64,000 bases of DNA from a virus: UHGV virus genome UHGV-1374526, one strand, 5' to 3'. A program made the translations under genes and the position numbers. Positions 18,027 to 28,289 of the stretch are shown here, piece by piece; within the stretch, counting starts at the first letter, position 1; every line of letters starts with the position of its first letter. The notes under the pieces are model-generated. The model was given only the letters and a program-made list of their open reading frames with translations, made no database searches and was not told where the DNA came from.

Positions 18027-18917
18027 ATGGCTACAATAGCAATCCCTTGTGAACCTCGCGTCCTTATCAACGGCGCGAACATTGCACAGAACCTCATTGA
18101 CAGCGTTGCGGCTTCCAGCCGTGGCGACCACGATGTTTGGCTCCTGCTCCCTTACCGGGCCAAGGCCGCCGCTGAACCCATGATTAAAATCTTGAAGAAT
18201 CAGTTCCGGGACCTTCGCACGATTGAGTTGCTGACCCCTGTCACGGGTAGCTACGCTCTCGTTACTCATCTCTTCGCCCGACTGCAACAGGCTCTGGCTT
18301 ACGAGAACGCGCCGGACGAACGAGCTATCATTTGGGTTTCCGAACGCGGCAATGAAAAGTTTAAGCCCGGCGCGATTGATACGCTGGATGCAACGTTCTA
18401 TCGCAAGAAGGCTCCGGTTATTGCGGGTAAATACTTCACCGTTCCCGCTACCGAAGGTTCCTACGAATCTCGCACCGTGGACGGAACCTTCGTCATGTCC
18501 AGCCAGCTGGCGAAGCTCTATCCCCAGCGAGTTCCCTACGTCACCATCTCCCAGCATTTCCGTCTCTTCCTTGACAAGGTGCTGACCGAGAAGTGCTTCA
18601 ACGTGGAGAACTGGGACGACCTCATCACCTTTGGTGAAATCCCCGACGCGGACAACTTTAAGCTTCCCCAAGTTCTTGGCGAAGTCACGGTGACGACCCC
18701 TGCCGAGGTATCTATCGCCAGCATCAAAGCGGAATCTATCAATATGATGGGACAGTCCGAGCAAGTAGGTGGAGCAACTAAAGCCCGCGAGGATTTAAGT
18801 GAAGCAGAAGACTTGACACCCAGCGCGAAAGTTGTTACACCTGCACCTGTGAAGCCCAAGACCAAGAAAGCCATGAAGGCTGATGCGGTTGAGGGTAAAG
18901 ACGAAATTGACAAATAG
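18027..18917 (+). CDS. Hypothetical protein
   Basis: A 296-aa ORF with a Lys/Ala/Pro-rich C-terminal tail. Confidence 0.4.
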   Translation: MATIAIPCEPRVLINGANIAQNLIDSVAASSRGDHDVWLLLPYRAKAAAEPMIKILKNQFRDLRTIELLTPVTGSYALVTHLFARLQQALAYENAPDERAIIWVSERGNEKFKPGAIDTLDATFYRKKAPVIAGKYFTVPATEGSYESRTVDGTFVMSSQLAKLYPQRVPYVTISQHFRLFLDKVLTEKCFNVENWDDLITFGEIPDADNFKLPQVLGEVTVTTPAEVSIASIKAESINMMGQSEQVGGATKAREDLSEAEDLTPSAKVVTPAPVKPKTKKAMKADAVEGKDEIDK

Positions 18918-18922
18918 TAGAT

Positions 18923-21193
18923 ATGCCGAAACCAGACGCAAATGCTCCCGTAGGTCCGGGGGTTATCGGCGTGGTTGACGAGAACGGAACCCTTCTCAAG
19001 CGGAGGGTTCCGACCGCCGACCAAGCCCGCGCCTTGCTCTACTTCTGCCTCACCGCTGACCAGCTATCCATGCAAGCGAGGACAGAGGCACAGGCAGAGC
19101 TGGACGGACAACGCCCGTATGACCCAATGGCCCTTTCCGCAGTTGGTCAGAATTATCGAACCAACTACAACTTCCGCACGATGCGGATTGTTCGTGAAAA
19201 GGTGGCGGCTAGCCTCCGCGAAGTGTGGGATAACCCCGAACTTGTTTCGGTGCAGACCACCTTCGGAGATAACGCTCGTCGCCCCATTTATTCTGACATC
19301 CTTTCCACCGAGGTGACGAAGATGGTCAAGTCCATGCCGGGATTCACTTCCATCATGACAGACCTTCTTCACAACTTCTCCTTCCACGGCTTCGGCCTTG
19401 CCTACTTTGAGGACCCTGACACTTGGTACTTCAAGGCAGGTAGTCTGAACGAGTTTGCCTTCGAGCGAAAGGTTAAGCCGGACAGTAGCACCCTTGAGGT
19501 TGTGTTTGCTACTCGTACCCTTCGTGCCCATGAACTCTACGATTTCATTCGTGACCCGCAGACCGCAAGGGAAGCTGGCTGGGATGTGGAAGAGGTCATG
19601 AAGGTGTTGAAGACCTGTAGTTACAATCAGACGGTACAGCCCCAGCGCATTTCTTGGGAGACCGAGAAGATGCTCAAAAACGGAGACTACACCCTGACCG
19701 ACGTAATTGGAACCAGTATTCCGATTGCCCACATGTGGGTACGCGAATTCAACGGTACGGTTACTCACTCCATCTTCTTTGTCAACGGAAGCGGCGGCAA
19801 TGGTCAGGATGTGAAGCGTGACCAGAACCGCGATGTAGATGACACCAAGTTCCTCTACACCAAGGAAGGAGCCTACAACTCTATGGAAGAAGCGTTCGTC
19901 CTCTTCCCGCTGGGCAGTAGCACCAACGGCGACATCCATGCTCTCCGCGGATATGGGAATGACCTCCTGCCCCACACTCGTGTCATTGACAAGTTGATGA
20001 ACCAAGCGACGGACGCGGCGTTCCTCGGCATGGCGTTAAACGTCTCTGCCACCAATGAAACCTCCCGTCTCTCCGCAATGGTGAACCCGATGGGGGCCTA
20101 TACCATTTTGGACCCGTCAACGCAAGTGGTTCCTAATCCCGTGCCGAATCTGCAACAGGTTGCCGGAACTCCCCTCGCATTCTTGCAGAACCAAATCCGG
20201 GAACGCTTGGGCGAGATTGACGTGAATGCTGATGGAGGCATGGGCCGCACCCAGCTGGAAGCTGAAATCCGTATGGGCAATGCGAGCAAGGTCAGCAATA
20301 ACATCATGGATATGCTCTTGGAGCACATGACCATCCTTCTCCGTGAAATCGTTCGCCGTATCATCCGCAAGGACTACGATGAAGGGATTGGCGGGTTTAA
20401 GGAACGTGAACGCATGCTCCAACGTCTGGACGAAGCAGGTGTGCCAAGGGATGCCTTCTTCGCTATCGACCTTGACAGCGTTACCGCTCTTCCCCCTATC
20501 GGTGCGGGCAGTAAGGTTCGCCGCACGATGGCTCTCCGTCAGTGTCTCAACTACATGCAGTTCATGCCACGAGCTGGGCAGGAACGTCTCATCCGCATGG
20601 CCATTGCCAATGAAACGAATGGACGCACCGCGCAGTTGTTCATGCCGTTGAAGGATGACCCCAACCCGTCCGAAACCGTGGCCGCCTCTATCGCATCCAT
20701 CCAGAACAACCAGCTCATGGCAGGTCAGGAAGTTCCGGTTATGCCGAACGAGGACCACAGGACGCACGCGGAAGTGCATGCCAACTTCATCATGTCCATG
20801 CTACCGGACGCACAGCTGGAACCCGAAGAGATGGCCCAGCTAGCTCAACCTCTACAGCTTCTGGTCGCCCAGTTGGCAGGACACATGGACTATTTGCAGG
20901 CCGCCAAGGAAGTTGTCCCCGAATTTGAACAGTACGAGAAACTGGTCAAGAGGTGCAACGAGGGTATTACCAACGGCATGCGGGCCTTGGAAGCGATGCA
21001 ACAGAACGAAGAAGCGGCTCCCCAAGAAGGACCTACTCCTGAACAGATGAAAGCCGAAGCCGAAATTGAATTGAAGCGCATGAAGACGGAAGCTGAAATC
21101 CAGTTGGCTAAGGAAAAGCAGGATGCCGAGATTACTCGTAACGCCGTAGAAGCCAACGCTAAAGCGGCTCAATCGCTGGGAGGTGCACGATGA
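18923..21193 (+). CDS. Putative portal protein
   Basis: A 756-aa ORF between terminase and the scaffold/capsid genes. It has a long C-terminal coiled-coil barrel-like tail (EAEIELKRMKTEAEIQLAKEKQDAEITRNAVEANAKAA). The call rests on position and size. Confidence 0.5.
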   Translation: MPKPDANAPVGPGVIGVVDENGTLLKRRVPTADQARALLYFCLTADQLSMQARTEAQAELDGQRPYDPMALSAVGQNYRTNYNFRTMRIVREKVAASLREVWDNPELVSVQTTFGDNARRPIYSDILSTEVTKMVKSMPGFTSIMTDLLHNFSFHGFGLAYFEDPDTWYFKAGSLNEFAFERKVKPDSSTLEVVFATRTLRAHELYDFIRDPQTAREAGWDVEEVMKVLKTCSYNQTVQPQRISWETEKMLKNGDYTLTDVIGTSIPIAHMWVREFNGTVTHSIFFVNGSGGNGQDVKRDQNRDVDDTKFLYTKEGAYNSMEEAFVLFPLGSSTNGDIHALRGYGNDLLPHTRVIDKLMNQATDAAFLGMALNVSATNETSRLSAMVNPMGAYTILDPSTQVVPNPVPNLQQVAGTPLAFLQNQIRERLGEIDVNADGGMGRTQLEAEIRMGNASKVSNNIMDMLLEHMTILLREIVRRIIRKDYDEGIGGFKERERMLQRLDEAGVPRDAFFAIDLDSVTALPPIGAGSKVRRTMALRQCLNYMQFMPRAGQERLIRMAIANETNGRTAQLFMPLKDDPNPSETVAASIASIQNNQLMAGQEVPVMPNEDHRTHAEVHANFIMSMLPDAQLEPEEMAQLAQPLQLLVAQLAGHMDYLQAAKEVVPEFEQYEKLVKRCNEGITNGMRALEAMQQNEEAAPQEGPTPEQMKAEAEIELKRMKTEAEIQLAKEKQDAEITRNAVEANAKAAQSLGGAR

Positions 21194-21507
21194 AGGCAGT
21201 TCCTACCTACACTGTCGAAGGGTTCAAAAGCAACAAGGCGGCGACTGGCCGCCTTGCTGAACTCCTGCATGACCCGGTAATGGAAGAAGCTCTCTGCATT
21301 GTTCAGTCAAAACTCAATGCGACATTACAGCCCACAATGGAAGCCGCCGCATTAAACGGGGCTTTCGCGGCTGGGGCTAAATCCGTTATCGCCGCTCTCT
21401 TCAATCTGGCCGAAGAGAATGAAGAAACCGAATCCCCGGTAACTATGATGAATCATCCCATGACCGAGCGTAACGCTTGGATTAACTCACTTTCACCCAA
21501 CAGGTAA
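21190..21507 (+). CDS. Hypothetical small protein
   Basis: A 105-aa ORF overlapping the portal stop. Confidence 0.4.
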   Translation: MKAVPTYTVEGFKSNKAATGRLAELLHDPVMEEALCIVQSKLNATLQPTMEAAALNGAFAAGAKSVIAALFNLAEENEETESPVTMMNHPMTERNAWINSLSPNR

Positions 21508-21514
21508 TACATAG

Positions 21515-22732
21515 ATGGACAACGTAAATATTCCCGCAGTAGCGGAGGGCATCATAGATGGTGCTATTCACAACGACATACATAACATTTTCGAACAGAC
21601 CCTGTTCGCCCCGGATTCCACGGATTCCACTCAACCCTCCAATCCCGCTAACCCCACGGCTCCCATTGAATCCCCGGATGGTACGGTAGTCATGCCAGAT
21701 GCTGGGCCTCGCATCGCGGATGATGAAGTAGTCAATACCACGGGAACCCCGGTTCCCCCGGATGACACGGAAACCGAGGAAACCGAGGAAGAACAGAACG
21801 AAGAGGGGGAAAACGAAGAGGAAGAAAACGAAGAGGAAGAAAACGAAGAAGGGAAGAAGGAAGAACAGAACAACGGTCCTAAGGAACAGAAAGCGAGCAA
21901 GGCCGCGAGCAAGGCATTCGCTGAAATGCGCGTCCAGTTGAGGGGCGCGAAGAAAGAAATCGCGGACTTGAAGGCCAAGTTGGAAGAAGCGGGTAAATCC
22001 TCTCCCAACAATGAAGAGCTTGAATCTCTGCGAGAAATTGTACGCGGCTATGCCTTCACCGCAACCGAAGAATACAAGACCAATGTAACTGCCCCGTACA
22101 ATAAGGCTAACGCCAAACTTGCAGAGATTGCCCGCGCCTCTGGTGCATCTCTGGACATGGACAAGCTGAATGAAGTTGCCCTTAATCCTGACCTCGACGA
22201 GTACGACCGGGAAGAAGCGTATGAGGCCATTGGGAAGGAACTGGGCATCAGCGATTCTGCCGTGTTCAAATTTGTCCGCATGGCTAAGGTCCGCGACGCG
22301 GCCATTGTCGCCCACGGAAACTATCAGGCCGAAGCCGACAAGTATGTGGAAGAGTTGAAGGCCAGCCGCGGCGGCAAATCCGAAGGTGCAACCTACACCG
22401 TCAACCTCGACAACTACACGTTGGAAGCGATGAAGGAACGCGCCAAGGAACTGGGCATGACCACGGAGATTACCGAAGAGAATGTGAAGCATGCCCGCCA
22501 TCTTGCTCACAAGATAAATAATGGCTCCTTCATGGACGGCGCACTGGCCGAACTCATGGTGAAGGAACTGGCAGATGCTCGCGCGACAATCGAGGCTCTC
22601 AACGTGAAGGTGGCCAAACTTCGCAAGGCCCGCCCCTCCGCTAACAGTGGTAGCTCCAAAGCTCCGGAGACCCAGCCACCCGCCGGGCCGACCGCAGTCG
22701 GGGACATTATTGGTAGTGCCTTCGGATTATGA
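21515..22732 (+). CDS. Putative scaffolding protein
   Basis: It has an acidic low-complexity stretch (EETEEEQNEEGENEEEENEEEENEEGKKEEQ) and long coiled-coil helices. It sits immediately upstream of the capsid gene. Confidence 0.45.
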   Translation: MDNVNIPAVAEGIIDGAIHNDIHNIFEQTLFAPDSTDSTQPSNPANPTAPIESPDGTVVMPDAGPRIADDEVVNTTGTPVPPDDTETEETEEEQNEEGENEEEENEEEENEEGKKEEQNNGPKEQKASKAASKAFAEMRVQLRGAKKEIADLKAKLEEAGKSSPNNEELESLREIVRGYAFTATEEYKTNVTAPYNKANAKLAEIARASGASLDMDKLNEVALNPDLDEYDREEAYEAIGKELGISDSAVFKFVRMAKVRDAAIVAHGNYQAEADKYVEELKASRGGKSEGATYTVNLDNYTLEAMKERAKELGMTTEITEENVKHARHLAHKINNGSFMDGALAELMVKELADARATIEALNVKVAKLRKARPSANSGSSKAPETQPPAGPTAVGDIIGSAFGL

Positions 22733-22944
22733 TAAATAATCCTTGACATACTGGTAATTTTATGACAAGAATGGGGCATCAAATGCGGTGTCCCATTCTT
22801 GCTTTCCCGCGAGCAAACCAAAACAAACCTTTATGCAGGTGTGAAAATTCTTGGTCCTGACCCTGCCATGACCGCGTAAGACCCCAAAACAAAATCTTCC
22901 AAAGAGAACTAGGCGTTGCAAATTAAACCAAATTTAATTTACAA

Positions 22945-24201
22945 ATGGCTACTTCTCCTAACGATATTCAGGCCCAAGAATTGAAGCTGGTCACGATGAC
23001 CAACCTTCTTAACGCCAACATGTTCAGCACCTTTGCTCGTACTTCTCCGTGGAACTCCCAGATGATTATGACGGGAGAATGGACTGACGGTGTTGGTGAT
23101 TCCGGGCGCATCGCAACCTTCGGTGCTACGGACCCCCGTGCCGAATGGATGAACATTAACCTCGCTTCCACCTCCAACCAGATTCCGATTACGGTAAATG
23201 ATACTGGGGCTACGGAATACTCCTACAGCCGCTTCATCACGAGGCTTTCCTCCCAGAAACTGGACGTACTCCGTATGCGTCAGTCTTGGCAGGCTAAGCA
23301 ACAGGCCGAGAATGCGGTGAAGCAGTTGGTCCGTGCCGTCGGTAATACTTGGTCTCGCTTCTATCGTCAGAGCTACATCAACATCGCCAGCTACAAACTC
23401 ATCCCCACGAAGGCGGGTGTTGTTGGTCTCGATGTCGTGAGCAACGATATTAACTCCATGCCGGAAGTTAAGCCCGAAGCCGCTCTGAACGACGACCTGA
23501 TGAACCAAGCTTGGCAGTTGCTCATCAATGAAGGTGCTGGCGAATCTGCCGCTCTGATGGACCAAGGTTCCCCTGTCTTCTTGGCTTACACCTCGAAGGA
23601 CACCGTGGACTTCATCCTGCGTCACAACGAAGTTATCCGCAAGGACTGGAACTTCGCAGAGGCCGCGGAAGGCAAGGATGCTACCCTCCTGCGTCAGCTG
23701 GGCGTGAAGTGGACGTACAAGGGCTTTACCTACATCGTGGACAACATGAACCCCCGCTACACCTTCGACGACACCAAGCCGACTGGTCAGAAGTGGGTGG
23801 AAGTTCCCCAGTATATCAAGGTGGAAACGACTGTTGGTAATCGCTATGTGCCGAACCCCGCGTACATGAACGCCCCCTACGAAGATACGATTATCTTTGT
23901 GAAGGACGTGTACAAGTCCCTCGTTCCTCGTCCGGTGTCTGCCTACGGTCAGGCCAAGTGGGACCCCGTGACTTACGCTGGTGAGCTGGTTTGGGTGAAC
24001 AACAAGGACAACGGCGATAACTACATGGGTACGCAGGGCATGTTCATCGCGACGCTTTCTGCCGCTCCGATGCCTGTCTTCCCGCGTCACGGTGTAGTCA
24101 TCCGACACATTCGCACGACCGCTGGCCGCGAACTCGTTGGTGCTGACGGCAAGCCCGTTGGCTCTCTGGTAAGTACCCCCGCGGCAGTGCCGGGCCTCTA
24201 A
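22945..24201 (+). CDS. Putative major capsid protein
   Basis: A 418-aa ORF following the scaffold gene. It is followed immediately by the strongest intrinsic terminator in the window. Confidence 0.5.
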   Translation: MATSPNDIQAQELKLVTMTNLLNANMFSTFARTSPWNSQMIMTGEWTDGVGDSGRIATFGATDPRAEWMNINLASTSNQIPITVNDTGATEYSYSRFITRLSSQKLDVLRMRQSWQAKQQAENAVKQLVRAVGNTWSRFYRQSYINIASYKLIPTKAGVVGLDVVSNDINSMPEVKPEAALNDDLMNQAWQLLINEGAGESAALMDQGSPVFLAYTSKDTVDFILRHNEVIRKDWNFAEAAEGKDATLLRQLGVKWTYKGFTYIVDNMNPRYTFDDTKPTGQKWVEVPQYIKVETTVGNRYVPNPAYMNAPYEDTIIFVKDVYKSLVPRPVSAYGQAKWDPVTYAGELVWVNNKDNGDNYMGTQGMFIATLSAAPMPVFPRHGVVIRHIRTTAGRELVGADGKPVGSLVSTPAAVPGL

Positions 24202-24225
24202 GTCTAAACCTATAACTCTTAAACC

Positions 24226-24263
24226 GAGGCGGGCGGGATGAACCCGCTCGCCTCAATTTTTAT
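24226..24263 (+). terminator. Rho-independent terminator (12-bp GC stem gaggcgggcggg/cccgctcgcctc plus AATTTTTAT)
   Basis: Direct reading. There is one G-U wobble in the stem. Confidence 0.7.
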
Positions 24264-24267
24264 CTGC

Positions 24268-24537
24268 ATGAAGATTACGTATGACCCTGAAAAATTTGGA
24301 GACCTTAAACCGGGGGATGATGTTCAGCTCATGGGAGTTGGCGTTGTTTCAGATGACGGCAAATCTATTGAGATTGTTTCTATCGAGGACCAAGAAATAG
24401 GTGACGACGATAGTGACGAGGATGAGACCGAAGAAGAAACCGAATCTCCCAAACAGGAAACCGAAACCGAAGAAGCCGAAGAACTGGCAGAAGGAGCCGA
24501 CATTGGTTCTATTATCGCCTCTGGCTTTGGAGCATAA
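24268..24537 (+). CDS. Small acidic protein (possible capsid decoration or accessory protein)
   Basis: The start was moved to ATG 24268 because the ORF-track start sits inside the terminator loop. The C-terminus is D/E-rich. Confidence 0.4.
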   Translation: MKITYDPEKFGDLKPGDDVQLMGVGVVSDDGKSIEIVSIEDQEIGDDDSDEDETEEETESPKQETETEEAEELAEGADIGSIIASGFGA

Positions 24538-24567
24538 CCTTTTAACTAAAACTCTTAACGAAGAATT

Positions 24568-25539
24568 ATGGCAATAGAAAATCTTCCCATCCCCGCAGAG
24601 AATGCAACTATCGCTCGCGGGCAAATCTATCAGCTTACCGGACTGACCGAGGCTACTCGGTATAAGTTTATTGTCACGTCTACCAAGTGCCCGCATGTGG
24701 TCATCGCGAAAGATGAAGCGTTGGAGCAGGTGGAAGCCGAAGGGTATCTTTCTGGCCGTGCTTTCTACTTCGTGACGGAAGGTGGTCAGACTAACGCGTA
24801 CCTCCGCATCGATGCCCTTGAGGGCGCGGAGATTACCCTGACTATGAAGGCTGACCAAATTCCGGCCCCCGAAGAAGCAACTCTTCCCGCAGACTTATCA
24901 CCTGACAAGTGGTATAGTATCGGTGATTTAGTCGCAGATACGGGATATGAATTGAAAGTAAGTGCGGAAGTCCCTGTAACCGTATTTGTCAAGACGGGAG
25001 ATACCATTGCAGACGCAATAGAAGAACCTCCGTTTGTAACTGCCGCAGGGACCACTCGTTTCACTTCCACTGGCACGAAAGCGTGGGTGTACGTAGATGG
25101 AGCAGTAAAGGCTAACGTTGACATCGTAGCCGCGCAGGGGATTGAGGGTCTTACCGCTCCCCAGCTTACGACCCTTTCGGACACCGTTTCCGACGTAGCT
25201 CTTGTAGGTCCTACCCCTGCCGGATATTACCGCGTGGACTTCGTGACCGAAGCCGCCGCACCTGAATTCCAATACGATGGCAACATCACTATCCAGAACC
25301 AGAACGTAGTCCTTACCAACGTAGTTGGGGAAGCAGGGGCGCAAGGTCTTCTTCCTCTCGAGGCCGCGCAGGGTATTGTGACTGGTAAGAACCTTCGAGG
25401 AACTCTTATCTTTTCACAGGGGACTGCTCTTGGTGCGGGACAGCGAGCCGCCGTTGCCTCGTTCCAGATTCCTACGGGCGGTGATGCCGGGACCTTTAAG
25501 GGGACTGCGGTGATTACCTTCGTTGGAAATATCGCATAA
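24568..25539 (+). CDS. Putative virion structural protein
   Basis: A 323-aa Thr/Val/Ala-rich beta-like sequence, followed by a terminator. Confidence 0.4.
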   Translation: MAIENLPIPAENATIARGQIYQLTGLTEATRYKFIVTSTKCPHVVIAKDEALEQVEAEGYLSGRAFYFVTEGGQTNAYLRIDALEGAEITLTMKADQIPAPEEATLPADLSPDKWYSIGDLVADTGYELKVSAEVPVTVFVKTGDTIADAIEEPPFVTAAGTTRFTSTGTKAWVYVDGAVKANVDIVAAQGIEGLTAPQLTTLSDTVSDVALVGPTPAGYYRVDFVTEAAAPEFQYDGNITIQNQNVVLTNVVGEAGAQGLLPLEAAQGIVTGKNLRGTLIFSQGTALGAGQRAAVASFQIPTGGDAGTFKGTAVITFVGNIA

Positions 25540-25558
25540 CCAACAATTAAACCTTGAC

Positions 25559-25609
25559 GGGGCTGAACTCATGAGCTAAACTTCTATGGGTTCAGCCCCA
25601 AATTTTTAC
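25559..25609 (+). terminator. Terminator-like hairpin (10-bp stem ggggctgaac/gttcagcccc) plus AAATTTTTA
   Basis: Direct reading. The loop is long (21 nt). Confidence 0.5.
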
Positions 25610-25613
25610 TATC

Positions 25614-27761
25614 ATGGCACGTAAACGTTCTTCTGAAATCCAAATTGAAAATTACGTCAACGGCTCCCCTATTACGCCGGGCGTAACCTATAAGCTGGGC
25701 GATGCCGACACGCACACCGCGTGGCTTCTTGCTTCCAGTTCTCCCTGTCTCTTCAAACTTTCCGCTACCGCTCCTACCGACGAACTGTGGTCCAACATTA
25801 CGCCGGAACAGTTCATCATCAATGGTTCGGTCGCGGGACAGGTGATTGAGATTGAATCCCCCGACGGTAAGTACTTCGTCGTCCCTACTAACGCACAGGA
25901 CAAGAACGCCTCCGTCGAAAGTGCACACGCGACGATTGCACTTCACCCGCTGGGGTTCGACTACGACCAAGAGTATCAGGCCCTCCCGCTGGATGGTGAT
26001 GGTCCTGTCTCCGAAGGTTTCTACAAAATCTCCAACCTCGAAAGCGGTAAGCTCTACTCTATCAATGTGCATCCTGACTTGGGCGGCTTGATGGAAACGA
26101 AGCCTAATCCGGAATTCAGCTATGCGCTCTTTAGCGTAGGAGCCGACAACAATCCTAAGGCATTCCTCGCTGGTGGTAAGACTACTGACCAGCTGGTCTT
26201 TGTGGCAACTGAAACTTCTGCAATTCTTTCTCTCGGCAGTACGATTGAAGAAGCGGGCTACTTTGTCTCCATCAGAAATTTTAGTTTAGGCTCCGGTGAG
26301 GGTGGCGGTTCTGGCACTGGCTTTGACCCAGCTAGTGACCAGACAATCTCCGGGGCATGGAGTTTCACCAACACGGCGGGATTGGTTCTCGGAAACGAAG
26401 TTCCTTTAGTTCTCGGACAAGGGGATGACGCGGTGAAAATCCACGGCGATGGTAACGGAGCCGCAGTCATTGAGGGGACGAACGCTTCCCACATGGACGT
26501 TGCGATTCCTGTCAAGTTCCAAGGCTCTACCACTTTCGATGACAGCGTTTCCTTCGTCGCCGCTACTGGCGAGAAGATGAAGTGCATCCTCTTCGGCAAG
26601 GAGAGCGGTCCTACGCGAGCCATACTTTACGAAGAATCCAACGGTTTCCTCTCCATAACTGACCCCAATAACGTCAACGATAAGACATTGACCATCGATG
26701 GGGCTGGGGACTTGTGGGTCTACAGAAATGAAAACCATAACGGGGTAGTTACGTTCAACTCCCAAACCCGTATGCACGGCACTATTGACGTGGGCGGGGT
26801 TATGACGTTCCGCAAAACTCCCAATGCCAACAGCGGCATCAACATCCCGCTGGCCGCGGGCGCACCGACGAATACGGGGGCGGTTAATCGCTTTTATGCG
26901 TTGGGATTGGCTAGCGAGGCGAACATCCTGACCACTAATGCTTTCCTCAATACGACGACCATTACCAAGACAGGGACTTCGACGGTGACACAAACAGTTC
27001 CCTACCATTTGGCTAGCATTAAGGTTCCACCGGGAACTCATTCGACCATTCAGGCGAACTTTAAGGTGAGCAACCCTCAATGGAATTATTCCAGTTTCGC
27101 AGGGTTCTCTTTCGTTTGGCGTGCTACTGGTGCGGCAAAGTTGACCTTTGGTATCGGACGTGGCGCGAAGACGGTTCGTTCCGACCTTTCCATAGATTCT
27201 TACAGTATTATCCCGGCAAACGATTTGGCGTACAATCATGGCGAAATTCTGGATATTACCTTTGACAACGTCAGAGATACCCAGCGCAACGGTTATACGG
27301 TGCGGGTGCGTGAGATTTACGCACTCGATTCCACGGCGGGCTGGCAGGTGAAAACCACCACCAGCTTCATCCCGGCCAGTCAAAACGAACCCGTCCCTTG
27401 GACGATTGCCAAGGTTATTTACCAGCAGAACGCTTCGGCCAATATTGCCCTGTATGATAATCTGGGTGCACTCTGGCTCATGCTCACCGGAGGTCAGGCA
27501 AATAATCTGTATAAAATTGCCACCTGCCGTGGCGTCAGTACTTTTGAGACTGGTGTCGGCATTTCCAGCTGGGTGACTGATGTGGTGAATAATTCGACTG
27601 GCAACATTTCTGTTTATGCAGGGAACGGAGAGTACACCTATTACCAGCCGGGAGGCACAAACCCGGTCTTTTATGGACTGGAAGCAATGGCCGTCGATGC
27701 CATTGAATCCGAGGAAGCCACGGATTTTGTGGATATTAACAACCCCATTGAACAGGCATGA
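25614..27761 (+). CDS. Putative tail fiber/spike-like structural protein
   Basis: A 715-aa ORF rich in G/T/N/S and predicted beta repeats. Confidence 0.4.
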   Translation: MARKRSSEIQIENYVNGSPITPGVTYKLGDADTHTAWLLASSSPCLFKLSATAPTDELWSNITPEQFIINGSVAGQVIEIESPDGKYFVVPTNAQDKNASVESAHATIALHPLGFDYDQEYQALPLDGDGPVSEGFYKISNLESGKLYSINVHPDLGGLMETKPNPEFSYALFSVGADNNPKAFLAGGKTTDQLVFVATETSAILSLGSTIEEAGYFVSIRNFSLGSGEGGGSGTGFDPASDQTISGAWSFTNTAGLVLGNEVPLVLGQGDDAVKIHGDGNGAAVIEGTNASHMDVAIPVKFQGSTTFDDSVSFVAATGEKMKCILFGKESGPTRAILYEESNGFLSITDPNNVNDKTLTIDGAGDLWVYRNENHNGVVTFNSQTRMHGTIDVGGVMTFRKTPNANSGINIPLAAGAPTNTGAVNRFYALGLASEANILTTNAFLNTTTITKTGTSTVTQTVPYHLASIKVPPGTHSTIQANFKVSNPQWNYSSFAGFSFVWRATGAAKLTFGIGRGAKTVRSDLSIDSYSIIPANDLAYNHGEILDITFDNVRDTQRNGYTVRVREIYALDSTAGWQVKTTTSFIPASQNEPVPWTIAKVIYQQNASANIALYDNLGALWLMLTGGQANNLYKIATCRGVSTFETGVGISSWVTDVVNNSTGNISVYAGNGEYTYYQPGGTNPVFYGLEAMAVDAIESEEATDFVDINNPIEQA

Positions 27762-28150
27762 ACAACGCAGAAATACAAATTCAATTCCCACAGCCCGGCG
27801 ACTGGACCAAGCTCATTATGAGTGTAATCTACGCGGACGCACTGGGCTTTACGCACCTTGACCAGTACAGTGAGACCACGTTGCCGAAGGAGCAGATACC
27901 CGCCCTCGCGGGGGCTATCGAGGCCATTGCCGCTCTTGACGAACAGTGGCAAGCGTGCCAAGTTTGGGCACGATTGGGAGATATTCCCTCCCCTTCCAGC
28001 CCGACGGACAAAGTGCCCGCAGTCCTTCTGACTGTCGAGGCTACCGGGGATTCCGGGGGTACAAAAATATTTACCCCTGACCAATATCCCCAGTTCGTAC
28101 TCACCGATAGTGGTACACTATCCTTCTTTAACTTCTTCACAAAAGGATGA
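27758..28150 (+). CDS. Hypothetical protein
   Basis: A 130-aa ORF overlapping the previous stop (ATGA). Confidence 0.4.
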   Translation: MNNAEIQIQFPQPGDWTKLIMSVIYADALGFTHLDQYSETTLPKEQIPALAGAIEAIAALDEQWQACQVWARLGDIPSPSSPTDKVPAVLLTVEATGDSGGTKIFTPDQYPQFVLTDSGTLSFFNFFTKG

Positions 28151-28210
28151 TAATCATGAGCTTACTCGAACTTCTTGACTTACTTGGCTGGAAGCGCAAG
28201 TAGCACATCG

Positions 28211-28244
28211 CCCCGGAGGCTAACCCCCTCCGGGGATTTTTATT
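28211..28244 (+). terminator. Rho-independent terminator (ccccggagg-ctaaccc-cctccgggg plus ATTTTTATT)
   Basis: A perfect 9-bp GC stem and a T-run. It ends the structural operon. Confidence 0.7.
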
Positions 28245-28253
28245 AAAATAATT

Positions 28254-28281
28254 TCTTGACAAATAATAAAATTATTATATG
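28254..28281 (+). promoter_or_regulatory. Sigma70-type promoter region (TTGACA at 28256-28261; AT-rich -10 around 28276-28281)
   Basis: The -10 assignment is ambiguous (spacer 14-16). The ATG at 28290 is within ~9 nt, so the transcript is probably leaderless. Confidence 0.4.
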
Positions 28282-28289
28282 GTGGTGGC

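Noticed and set aside
22743-22765. TTGACA hexamer after the scaffold gene as a promoter
   Set aside because: No acceptable -10 lies at 15-19 bp spacing.
25553-25595. TTGACG...TAAACT as a promoter
   Set aside because: It lies inside the terminator hairpin. The hexamers are weak, so this is likely coincidental.
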